From positions 32,001-96,000 of IMG/VR virus record IMGVR_UViG_3300044835_000040: a DNA stretch of 64,000 nt; one strand, 5' to 3'. The stretch is from a virus. Positions within the stretch are counted from its first letter, which is position 1. The number at the start of each line of letters is the position of its first letter. Under the pieces are notes generated by a model. It made no database searches, was not told the origin of the DNA, and saw nothing but the letters and a program-made list of their open reading frames with translations. Positions 1-6,645 of this stretch are shown one piece after another. The translations under genes were made by a program, and so were the position numbers.

Positions 1-1
1 G

Positions 2-172
2 GAGCTGACGGGTCACGAGATCTCGATCCACGACGTGCGCATGAGCGCGGGCGAGCGCTTCTGGGCGATCTGCAGCTGTCAGTGGCGGGGCGTGTCGAGC
101 GAAGCACGCGCGGATGCCGTCGGTGATGCCGAGGCTCACATCGCGACGCAGCGTCTCCGTCAGCGAGGCTGA
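2..172 (+). CDS. Partial (5'-truncated) small hypothetical protein, possible zinc-binding motif
   Basis: Open frame from window start ELTGHEI...WAICSCQWRG...AEAHIA, stop TGA 170-172. Confidence 0.5.
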   Translation, partial: ELTGHEISIHDVRMSAGERFWAICSCQWRGVSSEARADAVGDAEAHIATQRLRQRG

Positions 173-181
173 TCCGTCGTC

Positions 182-985
182 TTGCCCGCTAATCTGCGCT
201 TCATGGCGGTGGAGGAGGCGGCGACGGAGATCTTTGACCATGAGGTGCCGGGAGCGATCAAGTGCAAGTCCCCCGGATGCCCGAACTGGTTCATGCGCGC
301 GGGCAACCGCCACCGGTACTGCAAGGCCGAGAACTGCACCTACCGCCGAGGTGCGGCGCTCGCACGCGAGGTGCAAGAGGCGGGCGGCGCTTCACTGGAG
401 CTGCTGTTGCGGCTGCAGGACGAGGAATCCGGCGAGGTGGGGCCGGACCTGCTCGGCGCTCGCCGTGTCGCGGTGCAAGAAGCGCTGCGTGCCGGTGACC
501 TGCAGGCACTGTTCGGCGCGCTCGTGGACGAGGCCACCGCGTGTGTCTGGTTCGCTGACCGGGCCGCGGCGGGGAAGCTACCGAGGCGGCTCCAGATCGC
601 GGGGCCGCCGCCGTTCGCCGGGATGCAGGCGCCCGCGCAGAGGCCGGTCGGGCTGGCGCAGGCGGTGCTCTCGTCGCACAAGCGGACGTTCTATCTCGCG
701 GAGAAACGCTGTGAGCTGCTGTGGCGGATGCTCGACGCGCGCGATGAACAGACCGCGGCGGAAGTCGGCGTAGCGGCGACGGCGGGCGGCATCCAGGAGC
801 CGGAGGCGCAGGAGAACCTGGAGCTGAAGCGCGTCGCGTACGCGCAGGCCGAGGCGGCATACACGGCGATCGAGATGGCGTGGCGGGAGCGAGCTATCGC
901 GCTGAGGGACCTGTCGGGCGCGGTCGAGTCGGCCGCTGGACCGTCTGGCCCTGGACCGTCTGGTCCGAGAGCCTTGGCTGCATAG
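182..985 (+). CDS. Hypothetical protein with CGNR-like zinc finger
   Basis: CKSPGCPNWF...RHRYCKAENC motif; start uncertain. Confidence 0.55.
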   Translation: MPANLRFMAVEEAATEIFDHEVPGAIKCKSPGCPNWFMRAGNRHRYCKAENCTYRRGAALAREVQEAGGASLELLLRLQDEESGEVGPDLLGARRVAVQEALRAGDLQALFGALVDEATACVWFADRAAAGKLPRRLQIAGPPPFAGMQAPAQRPVGLAQAVLSSHKRTFYLAEKRCELLWRMLDARDEQTAAEVGVAATAGGIQEPEAQENLELKRVAYAQAEAAYTAIEMAWRERAIALRDLSGAVESAAGPSGPGPSGPRALAA

Positions 986-1275
986 TGCCCCAGCCGCTAC
1001 TCGAACCGGCTGTGCTCGTGTCGGAGAACTGCACGGCCTGCAAAGGCACCGGCACGCTCGAACGCAAGGAGTCGCGCTCGACATGCGGTGACTGCGACGG
1101 GTCGGGTCGCCGGATCTCCGAGATGCCGGTGAGCGAGGTGTACGAGCTGGCGCGTCGTCGCGCTGAGCGGCTGGTCGCGCCGCCGCCGTCGGCAGCTCGC
1201 GAGGAGGCGCTTCGCGTGACGCGAGCGGAGGCGACCAGCGAGGACTCCCCGCACGGCGAGGAGGTCGGCACGTGA
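985..1275 (+). CDS. Small protein with DnaJ-type CxxCxGxG zinc finger
   Basis: CTACKGTG and CGDCDGSG; GTG at 985 overlaps the upstream stop. Confidence 0.6.
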   Translation: MPQPLLEPAVLVSENCTACKGTGTLERKESRSTCGDCDGSGRRISEMPVSEVYELARRRAERLVAPPPSAAREEALRVTRAEATSEDSPHGEEVGT

Positions 1276-1661
1276 TCGCGATGCGGATGGAGGGCGTCTC
1301 TGACGAGGAGGCGTACGTGGCGGCGATCGGCTCGATCCTGGACATCTCGACGGAGCGGATCCCGAGGTTCCACGGGATCTCGGCGGGGATGGAGTGGAAT
1401 GCGTGGCTCGGCTCGAAGCTGAACCTCGCAGCGTGGGAATTCTCGAACTTCTCGGCGGTGCCGCCGGGGCTGTGGCTGCTGCGGATCAAGTCGCCGTATC
1501 CGGCCTACGACATGCACACGCTGGTGATGCATGGGCAGCTGATCGTGCACGACCCGCACCCGGAACCGCAGGACATCGATCTGTCCGATGTGGGGCTTGT
1601 GGGCATCGTGCTGTTCCCGTTGGATCCGTCGCTGCCTTCGGGTCGACTGGCGCTTGACTAG
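1272..1661 (+). CDS. Phage hypothetical protein, papain/C39-like remnant
   Basis: AAIGSIL...HTLVM...IVHDPHP pattern; GTGA overlap and GGAGG RBS. Confidence 0.5.
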   Translation: MIAMRMEGVSDEEAYVAAIGSILDISTERIPRFHGISAGMEWNAWLGSKLNLAAWEFSNFSAVPPGLWLLRIKSPYPAYDMHTLVMHGQLIVHDPHPEPQDIDLSDVGLVGIVLFPLDPSLPSGRLALD

Positions 1662-1698
1662 AGCGACCGATGGTCGCTATACTGGTCGTGCAACCGAT
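1654..1698 (+). promoter_or_regulatory. Sigma70-like promoter with palindromic operator in the spacer
   Basis: TTGACT 1654, 18-nt spacer, TATACT 1678; AGCGACC-GAT-GGTCGCT 1662-1678; GCAACCGAT at 1690. Confidence 0.75.
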
Positions 1699-1713
1699 CG
1701 AAGGAGGGCAGTG

Positions 1714-1818
1714 ATGAGGAGTCAGGCTCAGCGCGACGCGCAGCAGAAGGCTTCGCGCGTCGATCGCGAACAGCAGGAAGCCAGGCGGACTCTCGCTCGG
1801 CTAAAGGGGCGTGGCTGA
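1714..1818 (+). CDS. Small basic hypothetical protein (34 aa)
   Basis: AAGGAGG RBS at 1701, directly after promoter, TGATG coupling to next gene. Confidence 0.5.
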   Translation: MRSQAQRDAQQKASRVDREQQEARRTLARLKGRG

Positions 1819-2111
1819 TGCCCGCGAATCTGACGACCGTAGCGCGCGAGAAGGCCCGCGCGCTGCCGAATCCGAGGGTCGACGAGCTGAGCTATGGGCT
1901 GGTCGCGTGGCCGGGTCGTCGCGACTGGCGTGCCTACACGGGCATCACCTGCCCCGACCGGAATGGCAAGGTGACGCTGAAGAACGGCGAGGCGACCGTG
2001 ATGATCTGCGACGCGAACGAGATGGTCGACCTGATCGAAGTCGCGGCCGAGCCGATGGACACCGTGCAGGCCGTCGACGGCCCCTACGAACTGGATCACC
2101 GCGACCGGTGA
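1818..2111 (+). CDS. Hypothetical protein
   Basis: Coupled start, GC-rich third positions. Confidence 0.6.
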   Translation: MPANLTTVAREKARALPNPRVDELSYGLVAWPGRRDWRAYTGITCPDRNGKVTLKNGEATVMICDANEMVDLIEVAAEPMDTVQAVDGPYELDHRDR

Positions 2112-2150
2112 TCGCGCCGGGGCGCCCGCTAGGGTGCGACCCAGTGCGAC

Positions 2151-2612
2151 ATGGCTGACGGGATCTACGACCCTCTGACCGATGAACTGCGGTCTGTCCC
2201 GTGCCCGGCCGGGGACCAGATCGCGGACGTGCGGGGCACGCAGTACGCCAACTGCCCCGGTGTGCGATGCCGGGTCACGCACGACGTGCTCGACATCGCC
2301 GCGTCGGCGAAGGTGCTCGTGAAGTGGTGCTGCAACGAGGCGGGCGGCGACGGCGGCTTCAGCGAGTGCCCGGTGTGGCGCTACGAGAAGGAACGCCTGG
2401 AGGAAGGCCGTCACTCGATGGGCGACGAGCGCGAGAAGGAGAAAGTCGACGAGCGGCAATGGCGCCACGACCTGACGGGCTCGGAGTACGGCGACACCTC
2501 CGAGCTGGACGTGATCGAGCAGCGCGTGCAGGAAGGCATCCAGGAGATGCACGAAGCGGGCGCGTCGGGCCTGATCGGCAAGACCGGCACCAGCGACTCG
2601 ATCGGCTCGTAG
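2151..2612 (+). CDS. Cys-rich hypothetical protein
   Basis: CP...CPGVRC...WCC...ECPVW, acidic C-terminus. Confidence 0.6.
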   Translation: MADGIYDPLTDELRSVPCPAGDQIADVRGTQYANCPGVRCRVTHDVLDIAASAKVLVKWCCNEAGGDGGFSECPVWRYEKERLEEGRHSMGDEREKEKVDERQWRHDLTGSEYGDTSELDVIEQRVQEGIQEMHEAGASGLIGKTGTSDSIGS

Positions 2613-2648
2613 CAGTCCTTTCGGGGACCGGTGGCATCATGGGCCGCC

Positions 2649-4835
2649 GTGGGCCGCATGTCTGCCATCAGGGAGTCCGCTGAACGCCTGACGGGCGTCA
2701 GCACGATCCCGCTGACGGAGCGCCACCGTCTCGAAGAGGCCGAGCAGGAGATGCGCGGCAAGACGCGCGAGTTGCAGGATCTCGCGTACAGCATCCTCGA
2801 CTACGCGCAGGGCGCTCCGCAGGAGATGAAGGCGCAGGAGCGCCGGAACCTCGCGCAGAAGGCGCGCGTGGTCTGGCAGCAGGATCCGCAGTACGGCGGC
2901 ACGATCAACCTGCTGAACGAGTTCGTGCTCGGCCGCGGGATCCCGAAGCCGCAGGCCGTCGACGAAGCGGCCCAGGACGAGATCGACGAGTTCTGGGCTG
3001 ACCCCGATAACCAGCGGATCCTGACGACGCACGCTGCGCAGGTCCGGCTGAACACCGACCTGTCGCTGCAGAGCAACATCTTCCCGCTCGTCTATGACGA
3101 AGGCGAAGACGGGCAGGTCAAGCTCGGGCTGCTCGATCACGACACAGTGGAAAACGCGGTCCGTGACCCCGACGCTCGACTGCGGGTCCTCTACTACTTC
3201 ACGAAGTCCTACAACCGCGAATGGGACGTGCAGAAGCACACGTACGTGGTCTCCAAAGACCGCGAAAAGCTGCGCTACTACGAGGAGTTCCGCAATCTCC
3301 AGGACGCTGAACGCGACGCTGAGGCCGGGATCCGCAAGGAGGACCTGCCGCAGATCCCGCCGGATCTGATCGGCCGCGGTCGTGTGGTGCATGTCGCGAT
3401 CAACCGAACGATGGAGCAGGCGTTCGGGATCCCGGAGATCGCCCGCACGATTCGCTGGCTGACTGCGTACAACGATCTGATGCGCGCGCGTGTCGACATG
3501 GCGAAGGCGGCGTCGTCGATCATCATGCGCAGGAAGCTGAAGGGCGGCGCTGCGGGGATGACGCAGCTCGCGTCGCAGGCGCTGCTGCAGGCGAACACGG
3601 TGCCGCAGGCGCCCGTCGACCCGACGAGCCTGGGGCAGGCGCCGAAGCCGGGGTCGATCTTGGAGGAGAACGACTGGGTCGAACATCAGCCGTTCACGCT
3701 GCCGTCGGGGTCTTCCTCGGCGATGCAGGATGCGCAGATGATCCGCTCGCAGTACTCGGTCGGCACCGGCTGGCCGCAGTCGTATCTCGGTGACCCGTCA
3801 GCGACGGATCTCGCGACGGCGACGACGCTGGAGCTTCGCGTGCTGAAGATGGTCGAAGCGCGTCAGCAGGTGCTGGAGGATCTGATCTCGGTGCTGATCA
3901 ACCACAAGATCAAGCGCGCGCTCGAAACGAAGAAAATCTCGAAGTTCAGGACGATGACGGCCGAGGAGAAGAAGCGCGCACGGATGAAGGCCGAAGCCGA
4001 ACGCGAGGCCGAAGGGCTGCCCGCGCCCGGCACGCCCGCGCTCGCTGCGCAGGTGCAACAGGCGGCCGCGAACGGGCTGCGTGCGCTGCACATGGTCGAC
4101 AGCACCGACGAGGAAGAGGACGAGGCGCCGCCGACTGGCATGGTCGCTCGCGACTTCACCTTCCAGGTCTCGATGCCTTCGCCGCTGCGTCGTGCGATGG
4201 GCGATCTGATCAACGGCGTGTCGATCATCGCGAAGACGTTCGACCCGAACGCGTCGAACATGGAGCTGTCGCGGACGCTGCTCGGGATCGCGCTCGGCGA
4301 GGGCCTGGAAGTCGAGGATCCCGGCGCCGCGGTCGAGCGGATCTTCCCGGAGGGGTATGTCGACCCGATGGTGCAGGCCGCGCAGCAGCAGGCCGCCGCG
4401 CAGACGCCGGAAATGCCTCCGGGCAGCTTCTCCCCGGAAGACCAGCCGGGCTTCGGCTCGCCCGCGTCGGCATTCGGGCGGCCGGGCACGCCGCAGGGCG
4501 AGGGCAACCCGTACAACGCGAAGCAGAAAGCACGGGACCCTTCGGAATCGATGCAGCAGGCCGCGGTCGAGGAGATCGTGCACAAGGCCGCCGACGCGCT
4601 CGCGGACAGGCGGCTGCTCGTGCTGCACGCGCGTGGCGGGGAGCGTCTGACGCCGGAGGTGATGGAGGCGGTCGTGAAGCGCGCGGTCGCTCGCCAGTCG
4701 CCGACGCCCGGCGGGCGCTTCACGGGCACGCAGATCGGCGGGTCGCGTGCGGTTATGGCCGAGGTGATGGCGGACGGGATTCTCGGCGAGGCGTTCGCGA
4801 AGGCGCTCGGGTCGCTGGAGATGACCGAGCACTGA
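2649..4835 (+). CDS. Portal protein
   Basis: About 730 aa at the head of the structural module; RNLAQKARVVWQQDP..INLLNEFVLGRG, AFGIPEI, GWPQSYLGD..ATDLATA portal-like segments; start placed at GTG 2649 (leaderless), 2631 or 2658 possible. Confidence 0.8.
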   Translation: MGRMSAIRESAERLTGVSTIPLTERHRLEEAEQEMRGKTRELQDLAYSILDYAQGAPQEMKAQERRNLAQKARVVWQQDPQYGGTINLLNEFVLGRGIPKPQAVDEAAQDEIDEFWADPDNQRILTTHAAQVRLNTDLSLQSNIFPLVYDEGEDGQVKLGLLDHDTVENAVRDPDARLRVLYYFTKSYNREWDVQKHTYVVSKDREKLRYYEEFRNLQDAERDAEAGIRKEDLPQIPPDLIGRGRVVHVAINRTMEQAFGIPEIARTIRWLTAYNDLMRARVDMAKAASSIIMRRKLKGGAAGMTQLASQALLQANTVPQAPVDPTSLGQAPKPGSILEENDWVEHQPFTLPSGSSSAMQDAQMIRSQYSVGTGWPQSYLGDPSATDLATATTLELRVLKMVEARQQVLEDLISVLINHKIKRALETKKISKFRTMTAEEKKRARMKAEAEREAEGLPAPGTPALAAQVQQAAANGLRALHMVDSTDEEEDEAPPTGMVARDFTFQVSMPSPLRRAMGDLINGVSIIAKTFDPNASNMELSRTLLGIALGEGLEVEDPGAAVERIFPEGYVDPMVQAAQQQAAAQTPEMPPGSFSPEDQPGFGSPASAFGRPGTPQGEGNPYNAKQKARDPSESMQQAAVEEIVHKAADALADRRLLVLHARGGERLTPEVMEAVVKRAVARQSPTPGGRFTGTQIGGSRAVMAEVMADGILGEAFAKALGSLEMTEH

Positions 4836-4888
4836 GCGTCCGTGGCCGCCGGTAGGCTCGCGGCCACAAGTCAACCTGGAGGTGCGAG

Positions 4889-5368
4889 ATGACGGTGCTG
4901 GTTCAGCCGGTGATGGCCGAGGAGGAGGCGCAGGCAGCGGTGACTGTCCTGCGGGCGGTCGAGCAGAGGCGGATCCTCGTGGAGCACGACGAGGAACGGA
5001 TACGTCACGCGATCGAGGCGATCGAGCACGCGCCGAGGCACGACCCGGAGAAGCCGCGTCCGGCGGCCGCGCGGCACGGTGACCCGTCCACGTCGAAGGA
5101 GGCAGCGAAGGCCGTCACGCCGCGCGCGGGCAGCCAGAGGGCGCTGCTGCTGGAGCAGTTCGTGCGCGTCGGCGATCGTGGCCTGACGGCGTACGAGGCG
5201 GGCGGGCTCGCGCTCGGCTACAAGGGCTGCTACTGGAAGCGCGTCGGCGAGCTGGAGGACGAAGGCTGGATCGTGCACGACGGTCGCGAGCGCGTCTCCC
5301 CCGAGTCGAACGCAAACCGCAGGGTGTTCGTCGCGACCCCGGCTGCGCACGCGTGGCGGGCCGCCTGA
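4889..5368 (+). CDS. Winged-HTH DNA-binding protein
   Basis: ARHGDPSTSKEAA then GLTAYE...WKRVGELEDEGWI, a pattern common in actinophage HTH proteins; RBS GGAGGTGCGAG. Confidence 0.65.
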   Translation: MTVLVQPVMAEEEAQAAVTVLRAVEQRRILVEHDEERIRHAIEAIEHAPRHDPEKPRPAAARHGDPSTSKEAAKAVTPRAGSQRALLLEQFVRVGDRGLTAYEAGGLALGYKGCYWKRVGELEDEGWIVHDGRERVSPESNANRRVFVATPAAHAWRAA

Positions 5369-5371
5369 CGA

Positions 5372-5391
5372 TAGGACGCCTGCCGTAGATT
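5372..5391 (+). promoter_or_regulatory. Late-type promoter (TAGG-N10-TAnnnT) upstream of candidate sRNA
   Basis: CTGACGATAGG-acgcctgccg-TAGATT; same architecture at 5497, 6620, 19496, 22415, 28563, 46484. Confidence 0.65.
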
Positions 5392-5397
5392 GATCTT

Positions 5398-5487
5398 GCT
5401 CGGTCCCGCCCCGAGCACCCCCCGGACCCGGCGCCCGCGCATAGGAATCTCGCACCTCCTGTCGCGCGGCGCCGGGTCCCCTTTCTG
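5398..5487 (+). ncRNA. Candidate anti-RBS small RNA (two hairpins)
   Basis: Hairpin 1 GCTCGG/CCGAGC 5398-5416; hairpin 2 perfect 12-bp stem 5424-5435/5468-5479 enclosing ATCTCGCACCTCCT (5447-5460), the reverse complement of the shared RBS motif; CCTTTCT tail; no ORF. Confidence 0.6.
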
Positions 5488-5496
5488 ACCTGACGA

Positions 5497-5516
5497 TAGG
5501 AGCTGGCGCTTAGGCT
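5497..5516 (+). promoter_or_regulatory. Late-type promoter, leaderless start of 5524
   Basis: TAGG-N10-TAGGCT, GTG 7 nt downstream. Confidence 0.65.
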
Positions 5517-5523
5517 CTATCTC

Positions 5524-6093
5524 GTGAGCGCCAGAGACGAGCAGACAGGTCCCGCCGAGCCGCTTCTGACGCTGACGCAGGGTCAGCTGGTGAAGCTGGT
5601 GAACGATGCGGCGCTCGCGGCCGCTGAGAGGATAACGTCGCGCTATCGCCTGAAGCTCGCGTTCTGGGCGTTCCTCGCGGGCGCACTGGCGTCTTCGGCG
5701 ATTGCGATTCCGGTCACGCTGATCGTGTCGCACGATGCTGCGGCGAGCGCGGCTCGGCAGGCGAACTTGAACGCGTCGGCGAACTGCCGCAACATCTCCA
5801 GTCTCGCGACGATCGAGGAAACGACCTACCGGGAATCGGCACTCCAGACACGGGCGTTTGCGCAGAAATCGAGCGACCGGTTCGGGCTAACCAAAGAGCA
5901 GTTCGCGCAGCTGATCGCGGCGAATGAACGGCGTGAACAGATCAGGGTCGCGAAGCTGCAGGCCATCGCAGCATCCGAATGCGGGGCCAAGGTACAGACT
6001 CCCGAAACGCGCATTTCTACAACTCCGAGCAAGAAGCCGGGCACCACGACGAAACCGTCCAGTTCGACGCGTACGTCCAAGCCCGGTCACTAG
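5524..6093 (+). CDS. Membrane protein with coiled coil and two Cys
   Basis: TM segment LAFWAFLAGALASSAIAIPVTLIV; T/S/K-rich tail. Confidence 0.65.
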   Translation: MSARDEQTGPAEPLLTLTQGQLVKLVNDAALAAAERITSRYRLKLAFWAFLAGALASSAIAIPVTLIVSHDAAASAARQANLNASANCRNISSLATIEETTYRESALQTRAFAQKSSDRFGLTKEQFAQLIAANERREQIRVAKLQAIAASECGAKVQTPETRISTTPSKKPGTTTKPSSSTRTSKPGH

Positions 6094-6107
6094 GGGGCTA
6101 TGCCCCG

Positions 6108-6311
6108 ATGGGGCTGCTGCTCATAGCTTTGATCGTCGTGCTCGTCGGATCGGCGTCGGTGATCGTCTCGATCGTTCATCGCCGTCGGCACGAAGCCAAA
6201 CGCCAGGAGGACCTAGCGCAACGCGCCGCGAAGACGGCGGTGGGCCTAGCCGTAGAAAGGCTGCGAGGGGATGACGACGAGTGGCATCAGCAGGCGCACA
6301 GCCACTCCTGA
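6108..6311 (+). CDS. Small single-TM membrane protein
   Basis: MGLLLIALIVVLVGSASVIVSIV followed by HRRR. Confidence 0.5.
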   Translation: MGLLLIALIVVLVGSASVIVSIVHRRRHEAKRQEDLAQRAAKTAVGLAVERLRGDDDEWHQQAHSHS

Positions 6312-6622
6312 TCGCGCTGATCGCGGCTGTCGGTACGGGGCTGCCGACGCTCGCGTACACGATCTGGCGCGGGCGGAAACTGGGGCCGAAGGAGGAAGAC
6401 GCGATCGTGACGCGCACCGCTCACGATGCCGTCGAGGCGATGGATACAGTGCTGACGGCCGCACGACGCGAGCGCGAGGAAATGCAAGACAAACTGGACG
6501 CCGCCCTACGCAAGATCGCTGAGCTGGAGCGGTGTCGTGCGGAGGATGCAGAGCACATCGAGACCCTGGAGCGTCGCGTCGAGTACCTGGAGGGTGAAGT
6601 CGAGACCCTGAAGGCGTCTTAG
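6281..6622 (+). CDS. Membrane protein with C-terminal coiled coil (holin-associated-like)
   Basis: N-terminal TM, heptad-rich C-terminus. Confidence 0.6.
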   Translation: MASAGAQPLLIALIAAVGTGLPTLAYTIWRGRKLGPKEEDAIVTRTAHDAVEAMDTVLTAARREREEMQDKLDAALRKIAELERCRAEDAEHIETLERRVEYLEGEVETLKAS

Positions 6623-6639
6623 GGCGCTGGCCGTAGACT
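6620..6639 (+). promoter_or_regulatory. Late-type promoter, leaderless start of 6646
   Basis: TAGG-gcgctggccg-TAGACT, ATG 6 nt downstream. Confidence 0.7.
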
Positions 6640-6645
6640 GGCTGG

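Noticed and set aside
1272-1661. Active C39/papain-like peptidase
   Set aside because: His and Asp-like motifs are present but the protein has no Cys nucleophile.
1690-1698. GCAACC repeats as SAM riboswitch cores
   Set aside because: Leaders are only about 25 nt and lack the surrounding SAM-I/IV architecture.
5230-5460. AGGAGGTGCGAGAT on the minus strand read as the RBS of a leftward gene
   Set aside because: The motif continues ATT rather than ATG, candidate ORFs run antisense to the HTH gene with poor composition, and the promoter-like elements face +; kept only as an alternative to the sRNA model.
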